From Bacteroidales bacterium (lineage in GTDB: Bacteria > Bacteroidota > Bacteroidia > Bacteroidales > VadinHA17), in assembly GCA_038207725.1 (NCBI GenBank), contig JBBQZN010000001.1, positions 3,862 to 67,861 of the forward strand: DNA of 64,000 nt, in the 5' to 3' direction. The position numbers and the translations under genes were made by a program. The notes beneath the pieces were generated by a model. The model was not told the DNA's origin. It did no database searches and was given only the letters and a program-made list of their open reading frames with translations. Below, piece by piece: positions 20,278-29,642 of the stretch (position 1 is its first letter; each line of letters starts with the position of its first letter).

Positions 20278-21849
20278 TTACTTTTTTTTAATTACTGTTT
20301 TTTTTGCCTTAACTGCCGGTTTCTTTTTTACAGTTTTTGCAACTTTAGTTTTGTCTTTAACTGCTGCAGCCCTGACTTTTGGTTTAGCTGCTAATTTCTT
20401 CTCAGGAAGTTTTACAACTTCTGCTTTTACTTTAGCCTTAACCGTTTTTTTAGTCACTGGTGCAGTACTTTTTTCAACAGCGGCTATAACCAGGTTTTTG
20501 GTAGACTTTTTTATTTTTGAAGCAGGTTTTATCTTCGAAACCTTTTTTGTAAGCTTTTCGATCTCAAAGGCCTGACGCTCAATAAGCATGTCCTTTTCAA
20601 TAAGCTGATTACCAAGCTTGTAAATCTGATCCTGTTCAGCAGTATCTGGAAATAATTTCTTTAACCTGATCTCAAAATCGCTAAGTACGTTCATGTAATT
20701 CATAAACGCATCGTATGGGGTTTCATAAGGATTGAAATAAGCATGAACAGCTCCATCGGAAAAAAACTTGGTCGCCATATAATAAAAATGGTCGCTTGAC
20801 TGAAGGTATTCCCAATCCTTTTTTATCTGCATGTCTTCACTCTTATTAACTTTCGCGGCAAGGCTGTAAAGCTTGTCAAGTGCAGCTACCTGAAGCTCAT
20901 TCCCGAGCCAGGCAGTAATGTCGCGTTCTTCATCTGCCCATGAGATAGGGGAAGGAATGCCAATTGCGGATACCGGTTGCAATGTATCAGCTATCTCAGT
21001 CGGAGTCATAAAACGGAAAGGTGTTTTCTTAAGAATAGTTCCCGGCATATGTTCCAGGAAATCAAAGATTCCGGTCTCTTTCCAGTTGTGTTCTCCGAAT
21101 GTCTCATAGTCAAGAAAAATGTTCAGAAGTTCGCTTTTGGGAGCCAGCTTGTTTATCCACGATGCGTATTTATCAGCAGTAAGCGGCCATGAATTCCAAT
21201 CACGGTTTGAAAAGCGGAAAGCAATATCATCACTCAAAACAAAGTTCCTGAGAAGAACTTTCAATCGGGGATTTATTGAATTACAATACAGAAAATTAGG
21301 GCTCTTCCATCCAAGAACATGTTTAGCTCCTTCTGTAAGAATTGATTTAAACCCCATATCTGCTACCCATGACCCTATCTGGTCAGAATAAATGAGTTCA
21401 GTATTGCGGAATGAGCTAGCTTCAACACCAAGGTACTGCCTCAGCATGTCTCTGTGATTATTGACCTGCCTCTCAAATTCGCTTCTGCTTCTCAGTGAAA
21501 CCAGAGAATGCGAATTTGTCTCCGCAAGAAATTCCACCATTCCTGTTTCTGCAAGTTCTTTGAATGAATCAAGAACTTCAGGAGCGTATAGCCTGAACTG
21601 GTTAATTGCCAGTCCTGAAAGGGAATAGGTTACTTTGAATTTCCCTTTATGTTTATGTATCAGGTCAAGAATAATCTTATTGGCAGGCAGGTAGCATTTA
21701 TCGGCTACCTTCCGCATTATTGATTCGTTGGAGTAATCATCATAATAATAATGATCATGACCCAGATCAAAAAACCTGTAACGCTTTAGCCGGAAAGGCT
21801 GATGAACCTGAAAATAAAAACAGATTGCTTTTTTGTTCGCTGCACTCAT
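20278..21849 (-). CDS. GH57-family glycoside hydrolase with a Lys-rich C-terminal tail
   Basis: N-terminal FYFQVHQPFRLKRY and DYETFGEHNW are GH57-like. The last ~85 aa are KxxAVKAK-type low complexity. Confidence 0.8.
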   Translation of the reverse strand: MSAANKKAICFYFQVHQPFRLKRYRFFDLGHDHYYYDDYSNESIMRKVADKCYLPANKIILDLIHKHKGKFKVTYSLSGLAINQFRLYAPEVLDSFKELAETGMVEFLAETNSHSLVSLRSRSEFERQVNNHRDMLRQYLGVEASSFRNTELIYSDQIGSWVADMGFKSILTEGAKHVLGWKSPNFLYCNSINPRLKVLLRNFVLSDDIAFRFSNRDWNSWPLTADKYASWINKLAPKSELLNIFLDYETFGEHNWKETGIFDFLEHMPGTILKKTPFRFMTPTEIADTLQPVSAIGIPSPISWADEERDITAWLGNELQVAALDKLYSLAAKVNKSEDMQIKKDWEYLQSSDHFYYMATKFFSDGAVHAYFNPYETPYDAFMNYMNVLSDFEIRLKKLFPDTAEQDQIYKLGNQLIEKDMLIERQAFEIEKLTKKVSKIKPASKIKKSTKNLVIAAVEKSTAPVTKKTVKAKVKAEVVKLPEKKLAAKPKVRAAAVKDKTKVAKTVKKKPAVKAKKTVIKKK

Positions 21850-21859
21850 ATCTTAATAC

Positions 21860-23152
21860 TTAATTATTTTCAAGAACTCTGTTATAAATATCCCTTACAT
21901 GCCGGGCTGAATTATCCCATTTAAGGCGAATCACCTCTTCTTTGCCGTTTTTAATAAACATATTTGAGAGAGCGGGGTAAGTAAGGATGCCATAAATTGC
22001 ATCAGCCATGGCATCTATATCCCAGAAATCGGTTTTAACAGCATGAGTAAGAATCTCTGCCACACCTGACTGTTTGCTTATTATGACAGGAACATTTGAT
22101 GCCATTGCCTCAAGTGGAGATATTCCAAAAGGTTCTGAAACAGATGGCATTATATAAACATCACTCATTTCGAGCATTGAGAAAACATCGGCCCCCTTAA
22201 GAAAACCTGTGAAATGAAACCTGTCAGTAATTTTCAGAGCGGCAGCTCTTCTCATCATTCTCTCCATCATATCGCCTGATCCTGCCATAACAAACCTGAC
22301 ATTATCCATGACCTGCAGAACTTTATATGCAGCTTCAATAAAATACTCAGGTCCTTTCTGAAGTGTAATCCTTCCCAAAAAGGTAACAACCTTTTCGTCG
22401 AATCCCTTTCTCAAAATAAGGTTCCCGGAAATGGTTACAGGTTCAACGGCATTATAAACAGTCTCGACCTTATCAGGATTAATATTATACTTATTGATAA
22501 CAATATCGCGGGTAAGATTACTCACAGTTATTATTTTGGAAGCAGCATCCATTCCGCTTTTCTCTATTCTGTAAACATCAGGGTTTACATTTCCACCGCT
22601 TCTGTCGAAATCGGTGGCATGAACATGTATTACAAGAGGTTTTCCTGAAACCTCCATAGCAGCAATCCCTGCAGGGTAAGCAAGCCAGTCGTGGGCATGT
22701 ATTATGTCAAACTCATTTTCCTCAGCAATAACTGAAGCAACAATGGCATAATTCTGAATCTCTTCCATTAGGTCATTGTCGTACCTGCCTGAGAAGTCGA
22801 CCATTCCTTTTGTGTTTGTCTTAACAAAAAGGCTAAAACCGGCAACTTCCGATCTGATAACTTTCCAGAAGTCTTCCGGATCGGTGTAGGGTACAATTCT
22901 GGATGAAATTTCAATTTTTTCAATTGGGATCCTGTTTCCTTTAAAATAGACCTTTTTAAATGCCACAGGTGTTTTATTTGCGCCAATAAGTCTGACAACA
23001 TTCTGATCTTCATCACCCCATGCTTTAGGGACAACAAAGATAACCTCAAGATCTTCAAGAGTAGCCATCCCTTTAGTCAGGCCATAACTGGCAGTTCCCA
23101 AACCACCAGAGATATGTGGAGGGAATTCCCATCCGAACATTAACACACGCAT
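21860..23152 (-). CDS. GT4-family glycosyltransferase
   Basis: MRVLMFGWEFPPHISGGLGTA, and an E-X7-E motif in PSVSEPFGISPLEAMA. Confidence 0.85.
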   Translation of the reverse strand: MRVLMFGWEFPPHISGGLGTASYGLTKGMATLEDLEVIFVVPKAWGDEDQNVVRLIGANKTPVAFKKVYFKGNRIPIEKIEISSRIVPYTDPEDFWKVIRSEVAGFSLFVKTNTKGMVDFSGRYDNDLMEEIQNYAIVASVIAEENEFDIIHAHDWLAYPAGIAAMEVSGKPLVIHVHATDFDRSGGNVNPDVYRIEKSGMDAASKIITVSNLTRDIVINKYNINPDKVETVYNAVEPVTISGNLILRKGFDEKVVTFLGRITLQKGPEYFIEAAYKVLQVMDNVRFVMAGSGDMMERMMRRAAALKITDRFHFTGFLKGADVFSMLEMSDVYIMPSVSEPFGISPLEAMASNVPVIISKQSGVAEILTHAVKTDFWDIDAMADAIYGILTYPALSNMFIKNGKEEVIRLKWDNSARHVRDIYNRVLENN

Positions 23153-23164
23153 ATCTCTACTTTG

Positions 23165-25114
23165 TTATTGGTTAGCATATTTTGTCTCAAGCAGATTAAT
23201 AATTCTCAATACCTCTCCTACACTCCAGGCCTGCGATATTGATCCATTAGGAGCATGTGGTGGATTACCATCATGAATTTCTGACAGTGTACTTACGCCA
23301 TGCTCACTCATTACGGCTTCCAGTCCATATATTAATTTTCTTACTTTCTGTACTCCCTGCTGACCATAAACTCTTAACCAGCCTTCACAAAATGGTCCAT
23401 AAAGCCATGGCCAGACAGTTCCCTGATGGTAGGCTCTGTCTCTCTCTTCCTGCGTTCCATAATAAGTTCCCCTGTAAAACTTATTTCCCGGAGATAGTGT
23501 CCTCAAGCCCCTTACTGTGACAAGTTCCTTATCGGCTACATCGAGAACCTTTTTCATCTGCTCCTTGTCGAGCATAGAGTAGGGCAATGAAACTGCAATA
23601 AGCATATTTGGCCTGACAAAAGTGTTTTTTCCTTCATCATCATTTACATAATCAGCCAGATAGCCTCCTTTTTCTTCCCAGAAAAGTTGTATAAACGAGC
23701 TCTTTACCAATTCAGGCAGTGACTCATACTCCTTAATAAATTTCTTATCGCCAGCATCTTTTGCCATTTCCAGTGAAAAACATAATGCATTGTACCACAG
23801 AGCATTAATTTCAACTGCAAATCCTCTTCTTGGTGTAACCGGAACGCCATGAACTACGGCATCCATCCAGGTGAGGGACTTTCCGGGGGCATCAGCGTAA
23901 ATAAGACCATTTTCCCTCATGTGAATATTGAAACCTGTCCCATTTTTGAAAGAATGAAGAACTGATTTTGCAGCTTCACCATATCTCTCCCAGCCATCTT
24001 TACCTCCATGGGCAATATATTGCTGAACAGCCCAGAAGAACCAGAGGGGCGCATCAACTGAATTGAAAGCAGGATTATTATCATCACCCATATTGGGGAA
24101 TAATCCATTCTTCATTTTACCTGCCTGAGTATCGAGCACCTCTCTGTAAAGTGTCAGTCCTTGCTTCGCCAAAGCAAGCCCCGGAAGTGAGATAAAGGTG
24201 TCTCGTCCCCATGCGCCAAACCATGGATAGCCGGCAATAATAAGAGTTTTGCCTCTGCGCTTTTCAATAAATTGCTGAGCAGCATTTTTCAGGCAGCTTA
24301 TAAAACTGTTTCTCGGAATTTTACCAGTTACTGTTTTTGTAAATTTCTGCTTTAAACCTGAAGTTTTCTCCTCTTTTGTGGATGCTGAGAATACTATTAT
24401 ATCACCCTCTTTGGCTTCAATTTCGAAGAAACCGGGGGTGAAGAGGTCTTCCGAATAATCATAACCCCTCTTCTGTTCCTCAATATATTCTACGCCACGG
24501 TACCAGTCAGGCACATGAACAAATTCTGCTTTTGTTGAAAACTGCATGTGCAGATAAGGAAATCCATCATACATTTTGGATTTTATTCCGTTTTCTATAT
24601 GATCAATTTTTGTATTAGCTGAAAGATTGGCATGTGTCAGTTCATGTATATTCCTGAAAGCAAGGAACGGACGAAGTTGCAATTTCATCGGTTCTGAAGC
24701 TTCCAATACAGTAAACCTCAAAAGAAACTGCTCCTCATAATGAACAAGCATTCTTTCCTGTTTTAGAATAACACCACCTACCCTGTAAATTCTTGCGGGT
24801 ATATTGTCGGCATTATAATCATCAATATATTTATGCCCTCTGGGACTAAAAAAATCACCCTTATATTTGATTATCCCGGTATTAAAACTCTTATCATTAT
24901 TTACTACGGTTACATCGATAGTTGAAAGCAGCACATACCTTTCTCCTCCGAGTTCATCAACAGGACAAATAAGGGTTCCATGATACTTCCTGGTATTACA
25001 ACCGACAATAGTTGTGGATGAATATGACCCCGCCCTGTTGGTCCTTATCATTTCTCTGGTAAGTGAATATTCAAGATTTACTACCTGCTCTTTCTCGAAC
25101 TTAATGTAACTCAT
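23165..25114 (-). CDS. Amylo-alpha-1,6-glucosidase / glycogen debranching enzyme (GDE_C type)
   Basis: 649 aa with GYPWFGAWGRDTFISL and YHQGTVWPW motifs. Confidence 0.85.
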   Translation of the reverse strand: MSYIKFEKEQVVNLEYSLTREMIRTNRAGSYSSTTIVGCNTRKYHGTLICPVDELGGERYVLLSTIDVTVVNNDKSFNTGIIKYKGDFFSPRGHKYIDDYNADNIPARIYRVGGVILKQERMLVHYEEQFLLRFTVLEASEPMKLQLRPFLAFRNIHELTHANLSANTKIDHIENGIKSKMYDGFPYLHMQFSTKAEFVHVPDWYRGVEYIEEQKRGYDYSEDLFTPGFFEIEAKEGDIIVFSASTKEEKTSGLKQKFTKTVTGKIPRNSFISCLKNAAQQFIEKRRGKTLIIAGYPWFGAWGRDTFISLPGLALAKQGLTLYREVLDTQAGKMKNGLFPNMGDDNNPAFNSVDAPLWFFWAVQQYIAHGGKDGWERYGEAAKSVLHSFKNGTGFNIHMRENGLIYADAPGKSLTWMDAVVHGVPVTPRRGFAVEINALWYNALCFSLEMAKDAGDKKFIKEYESLPELVKSSFIQLFWEEKGGYLADYVNDDEGKNTFVRPNMLIAVSLPYSMLDKEQMKKVLDVADKELVTVRGLRTLSPGNKFYRGTYYGTQEERDRAYHQGTVWPWLYGPFCEGWLRVYGQQGVQKVRKLIYGLEAVMSEHGVSTLSEIHDGNPPHAPNGSISQAWSVGEVLRIINLLETKYANQ

Positions 25115-25246
25115 GTGTTTACAATTTGACTTTTAAAAAAAATGTCTACGTAAGGTAATAAAAATATTTGATCTGACCAAAACAGTATGCATCGGGCAAA
25201 GAAATCAATAAAATTTTTGAAAATTAGTGCCGGAATAAAAAAAGAA

Positions 25247-25254
25247 TAACTTTG
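25247..25254 (+). promoter_or_regulatory. Candidate -7 box (TAACTTTG) for the thioredoxin-like lipoprotein pair
   Basis: 44 nt upstream of the ATG at 25298. Confidence 0.35.
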
Positions 25255-25297
25255 CATTTCAATATTTTAAAATAATTACAAACTAACATCTTACTTA

Positions 25298-26464
25298 ATG
25301 AACAAAAGGATTTTAATCATCATAGTTGCAGCTCTTTTAATTGCAGGATGTAAAAACAACAGCGTAAGAATTTCAGGAAACTTAATAAACACAAATGGCG
25401 GAGGTTATATTTTTCTTGATGAACTGAGAACAGAGAACCTCTTAACCGTTGATTCAATTAAAGTCGGAGATGACGGATCTTTCAGTTTTAAAAGAGAAAT
25501 AGATCAGCCATCATTCTACCTTTTAAAGATCAGCGAAAACAACTTTCTTACTTTGCTGATGGAACCGGGTCAGAAAATAACTCTCAATGCGTTTTATGAT
25601 TCGCTTAACTATCCCGTTGAAGTTACCGGATCGAAGGGAACTGAACTCATGGCTGAGTATAACAGAAGCCTCAGGAAAACAATAAATAAACTTACTGCAC
25701 TCAACAGTATCTACATGGCAAACGTCGACAGCCCCGAGTTGCCCAAAGTTATTGAAGGGCTTGACAGTATGGCACAAGGATATCTGAGTGAAATAAACCT
25801 GTATACCAAAAAATATATTGATGAAAACCTGACATCATTGGTCAGTCTTGTGGCCCTCTATCAGCAGGTCGCTCCAAGTGTTTATGTTCTTAATCCGGCA
25901 AAGGATCTTAAATATTTTGTAAAAGTCGACTCTTCACTTTCAATTAATTACCCTGAATATGAGCCTGTTAAATCTCTGCATAGCCAGGTACTTGAAATTA
26001 CAGCTACCATGAAGAGCGAGTCAGGAGAAACTGAATCTGCCAGTGAAATGAAAGAAGCTCCGGAAATTGCACTTCCGTCACCAGCAGGTGATACAATAAG
26101 ATTGTCATCAACAAGAGGCTCAATTGTTTTACTTGATTTCTGGGCAACATGGTGCGCTCCCTGCCGGATGGAAAATCCAAATCTTGTGAAGGCATATAAT
26201 ACATACAAGCGAAAAGGATTTCAGATTTATCAGGTTTCACTTGATAAAACAAAAGAGGCCTGGATGAAAGGTATCAAGGACGATAAGCTTGAGAACTGGA
26301 TTCATGTAAGTGATGTTCAATACTGGAACTCTGTTGTAGTGCCTCTTTACAAAATAGAATCAATCCCCTCAAACTTACTTCTTGACAAAGACGGCAGGAT
26401 AATAGCAACCAATCTAAGGGGGGAACAGCTTCAGAAAAAACTTGAAGAGATCTTTAACAAATAA
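25298..26464 (+). CDS. TlpA-like thiol-disulfide oxidoreductase lipoprotein (DUF4369-like N domain plus thioredoxin fold)
   Basis: Lipobox LIAGC and active site FWATWCAPCR. Confidence 0.8.
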   Translation: MNKRILIIIVAALLIAGCKNNSVRISGNLINTNGGGYIFLDELRTENLLTVDSIKVGDDGSFSFKREIDQPSFYLLKISENNFLTLLMEPGQKITLNAFYDSLNYPVEVTGSKGTELMAEYNRSLRKTINKLTALNSIYMANVDSPELPKVIEGLDSMAQGYLSEINLYTKKYIDENLTSLVSLVALYQQVAPSVYVLNPAKDLKYFVKVDSSLSINYPEYEPVKSLHSQVLEITATMKSESGETESASEMKEAPEIALPSPAGDTIRLSSTRGSIVLLDFWATWCAPCRMENPNLVKAYNTYKRKGFQIYQVSLDKTKEAWMKGIKDDKLENWIHVSDVQYWNSVVVPLYKIESIPSNLLLDKDGRIIATNLRGEQLQKKLEEIFNK

Positions 26465-26497
26465 CTGCTTAATTCAGGAAACCGTAATCCTATTTTA

Positions 26498-27655
26498 ATG
26501 AAACGTATACTTCTATTTCTTGTTCCTGCCCTGCTTCTGTCTGGATGCAATAACAAAAACAAGTTCACTGTCGAAGGAGTAGTAAATGGTGAAACCAAAA
26601 ATTACATTTATATCAGCAGGGTTGATGTTGATAAACCTGTTTTTATTGATTCAATCGAGATAAAGAAAAACGGAAATTTCAAAGTCAAGGTAAGTGCTTC
26701 TGAGCCTGATTTCTATCAACTGGGGTTTTCAAGCAAAGACTTTATAACTCTGCTTGCCGAACCAGATGAAAAAATTATGCTTAAGTTTAACAATAAGAAT
26801 CTTTTTGAAAGTTATTCAGTTACAGGTTCAGAAGGTTCTGAAAAGATCAGGGTACTTGATATGGCCCTGAATGTAACAAAAAGACAACTCGATTCACTTA
26901 CTTCATTATATAAACAAGAATCCACAGGTCCGGGATTTGAGAAGAGAGGCGCTGAACTGGAAGCTGAATATACAAGAATCCTGAAAGATCAGCGCAGAGC
27001 GAACATAGAGTTTATAATAACCAATCTGGGTTCACTTGCTGCAATAAAAGCGATATATCAGCGAATTGACCCGGAAACATATGTGCTGTATGACCCGCGT
27101 GATTTGCAGTATATGAAGATCGCAACAGATTCTCTGAAGCGTGTTTATCCTGAATCAAAACATGTAAAAGCGCTTGCTGCTGATTTCGGGAAAGAAATGA
27201 ACCTGCTATATTCCAATCAGATGAACCAGCTTGCAAAGGATCTTCCTGAAACAAAACTTGATCCTGATCTGATGGATGTTACAGGCAAGAGAATAAAAAT
27301 GTCATCGATAAAAGGGAAGTATATACTACTTACATTCTGGTCTACATCTTCGAAAGAATGTGTAGAAGAGAACCTTCAGTTTAAAGAGATCTATAAACTT
27401 TATAGTAAGAAGGGATTTGAGATTTATCAGATAAATCTTGATGAAAATGAAACCATGTGGAAGTCTGCTGTCAAATTCGATGAACTTCCATGGATTAGTA
27501 CGAGAGAAGATAATCCGCTGAATCCGGCTAACGCTATTCTTTTCAATGTCAAATCACTACCAACAAACTATCTTTTCGACAAGGAAGGAAAAATCATAGC
27601 TTCGAATCTTCATGGAAGGCCTCTTATGGTTAAACTCAATCAGTTGTTTAATTAA
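26498..27655 (+). CDS. TlpA-like paralog with a degenerate active site
   Basis: Same architecture and length as the upstream gene (lipobox LLSGC). The CxxC position reads FWSTSSKECV, so the first Cys is Ser. Confidence 0.75.
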   Translation: MKRILLFLVPALLLSGCNNKNKFTVEGVVNGETKNYIYISRVDVDKPVFIDSIEIKKNGNFKVKVSASEPDFYQLGFSSKDFITLLAEPDEKIMLKFNNKNLFESYSVTGSEGSEKIRVLDMALNVTKRQLDSLTSLYKQESTGPGFEKRGAELEAEYTRILKDQRRANIEFIITNLGSLAAIKAIYQRIDPETYVLYDPRDLQYMKIATDSLKRVYPESKHVKALAADFGKEMNLLYSNQMNQLAKDLPETKLDPDLMDVTGKRIKMSSIKGKYILLTFWSTSSKECVEENLQFKEIYKLYSKKGFEIYQINLDENETMWKSAVKFDELPWISTREDNPLNPANAILFNVKSLPTNYLFDKEGKIIASNLHGRPLMVKLNQLFN

Positions 27656-27665
27656 TTGAATTCAT

Positions 27666-28412
27666 TTGGATACGCAGAAAAAAATATTCTTCGCTTCTGA
27701 TTTTCATCTTGGATTAGAAACCGGGGCGCCTCCTGTTGAACGGGAAAAGAGGGTTGTCAGTTGGCTTAAATCCATTGCCGGAGAAGCTGAAGAGATTTAT
27801 CTGCTTGGTGACATCTTTGATTTTTGGTGGGAATATAAACTTGTCGTTCCCCGGGGGTTCACAAGATTTCTTGGCACTGTTGCTGAGATTACTGATTCGG
27901 GAATCCCGGTGCATTTTTTTACAGGGAACCATGATATGTGGGTATCGTCTTACCTTTCAAAGGAGTGCGGATTGATAATCCATACTGAACCCATTACTGC
28001 AATTTTAAATGGCAAAAAATTTCATCTTGCCCATGGAGAAGGCCTTGGAACCAGAGATAACGGATATAAGATACTCCTTTCAATGTTCCATAACAAACTA
28101 CTAAGAGTTCTTTATTCTGCACTTCATCCAAGAATAGGTGTGGGAATAGGTCTGCGATGGTCTTTAAATTCGCGACTCGGAAAAGGTATTTCAAGAGAAT
28201 TTTTGGGGGAAGAGAATGAGGATCTTCTGCGATATGCAAAATCGGTTCTTGAGAAGGATAATATTGACTATTTCATTTTTGGTCACCGGCATCTTGGCAT
28301 GAAGTTTAACCTTATGGACAAAGCAGAAGTTGTCATACTCGGCGACTGGATAACGAAGGGAAACTATGCTGAATGGGACGGATCTAACCTGTCATTCAAA
28401 AAAATTGACTAA
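27666..28412 (+). CDS. lpxH: UDP-2,3-diacylglucosamine diphosphatase
   Basis: FFASDFHLG, LGDIFDFWWEY, GNHD and FGHRH metallophosphoesterase motifs. TTG start as in the ORF track. Confidence 0.85.
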   Translation: MDTQKKIFFASDFHLGLETGAPPVEREKRVVSWLKSIAGEAEEIYLLGDIFDFWWEYKLVVPRGFTRFLGTVAEITDSGIPVHFFTGNHDMWVSSYLSKECGLIIHTEPITAILNGKKFHLAHGEGLGTRDNGYKILLSMFHNKLLRVLYSALHPRIGVGIGLRWSLNSRLGKGISREFLGEENEDLLRYAKSVLEKDNIDYFIFGHRHLGMKFNLMDKAEVVILGDWITKGNYAEWDGSNLSFKKID

Positions 28413-29524
28413 TCAATTCTGTCTTCAACCTTGACGGTAAGAGTATAATATGAATAAAGGTCATTGATCTTTTCGAATATATATTCAAGCTTGCTGCCCG
28501 ATTTTCTGGCCATATCAATTAATCCCATATTGCCCGTACTGTCCTGGACAATTGTCTGTCCCGACAATGATTTTCTGAAGAGTTCCTTGAGCCCGACTTT
28601 ATCGTAAGTGTTAATAATGTCAAGCTTCTCTTTAAGGTGATCAACTTCTGAATTAAGAATAAGATTTCCGGTTGTCAGCGAATACTCCTTATCGATCATG
28701 CGAATCATTGCCACAGGCATTCCGAATTTCTCCTCAGGTTCTCTGCCCGGACTGTATTTTGCAACGTTTTCAAGGATTTCGACCAGAATGCTGAAAACTC
28801 TCTTTCTCAAAGAAGATTCTACATCCTCCTCCGCAAGTTTTGTCTCTGTAAAGGAGAGTACCTCTTTTCCTACGTCAGGAGTAATATGACCCGACCAGAT
28901 AAGATAAATATTATTCTCACTCATAATGTGCTCAAGCTGAGACACTGACTTGCCATGAAATGTTTTTTCAGTTCCTCCCAAATGTGATCCAACACCACCG
29001 GAGTCAACTGTTTTGCTTAAAATAAAATATGAGTATTTATCATCAACGGGGACAAAGTCATAGTCGAGCTTGTTTCCAGTCTTTTTTGCCATTTCAATCA
29101 GTCCAAGACCAGCACCACCCTTGGTACTGAATTCAGAGTTACTAAGCATCTGTCTGTAAACTGATCTTATTTCACTTGTTTCAAGATTGTTGATCTCATC
29201 CAGTCTTGTTTTCAGGTCATTTATGCCTGAAGTGGGAAGGACATTTCCTGTTGTAACCGTGTAACCGTTATCTGTCTTGGAGTAGACAACGAGAGACATA
29301 TTTGCATGTTCACTTTTATCGCTATGTCTTGAAACATTCTGAAGACTTTCAAGGACAAACATGAAAAGTCGTTTCCTTCCAACAAATCCGAATTCAGAAT
29401 TTTCCATTTCCTTTTCCAGAAGCAGCAACAGAGGAACCGAATTTTCATTTGTTACAACGCCCCTGTAAACAAACATAAGGCGCTCCTTCATCATTTTATC
29501 GCGTATCTGCCGGGTTAGATTCAT
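28409..29524 (-). CDS. Tandem-duplicated SiaB-like (HATPase-fold, anti-sigma-kinase-like) protein
   Basis: Two ~185-aa halves share motifs: VLESLQNVSRHS / LVEILENVAKYS; GGAGLGLIEMAKKTGNKLDYDF / TGNMGLIDMARKSGSKLEYIF; YSYFILSKTV / YSYYTLTVKV. The family name is from memory. Confidence 0.5.
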   Translation of the reverse strand: MNLTRQIRDKMMKERLMFVYRGVVTNENSVPLLLLLEKEMENSEFGFVGRKRLFMFVLESLQNVSRHSDKSEHANMSLVVYSKTDNGYTVTTGNVLPTSGINDLKTRLDEINNLETSEIRSVYRQMLSNSEFSTKGGAGLGLIEMAKKTGNKLDYDFVPVDDKYSYFILSKTVDSGGVGSHLGGTEKTFHGKSVSQLEHIMSENNIYLIWSGHITPDVGKEVLSFTETKLAEEDVESSLRKRVFSILVEILENVAKYSPGREPEEKFGMPVAMIRMIDKEYSLTTGNLILNSEVDHLKEKLDIINTYDKVGLKELFRKSLSGQTIVQDSTGNMGLIDMARKSGSKLEYIFEKINDLYSYYTLTVKVEDRID

Positions 29525-29642
29525 GCAAAGAAGATCAGGAAGATTAATAAGAAGCTAAAAATAATAAAAAATGATAACACTACAAATAAAAAGTTACATC
29601 AGTCTCATTAACAAATAGTTTCAGATCCTAAGAAATTGCCTT

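Noticed and set aside
20351-20575. 74-aa plus-strand ORF opposite the GH57 tail
   Set aside because: It is an antisense artefact of the Lys-rich repeat (AAR codons read as TTY/Phe-Leu-rich).
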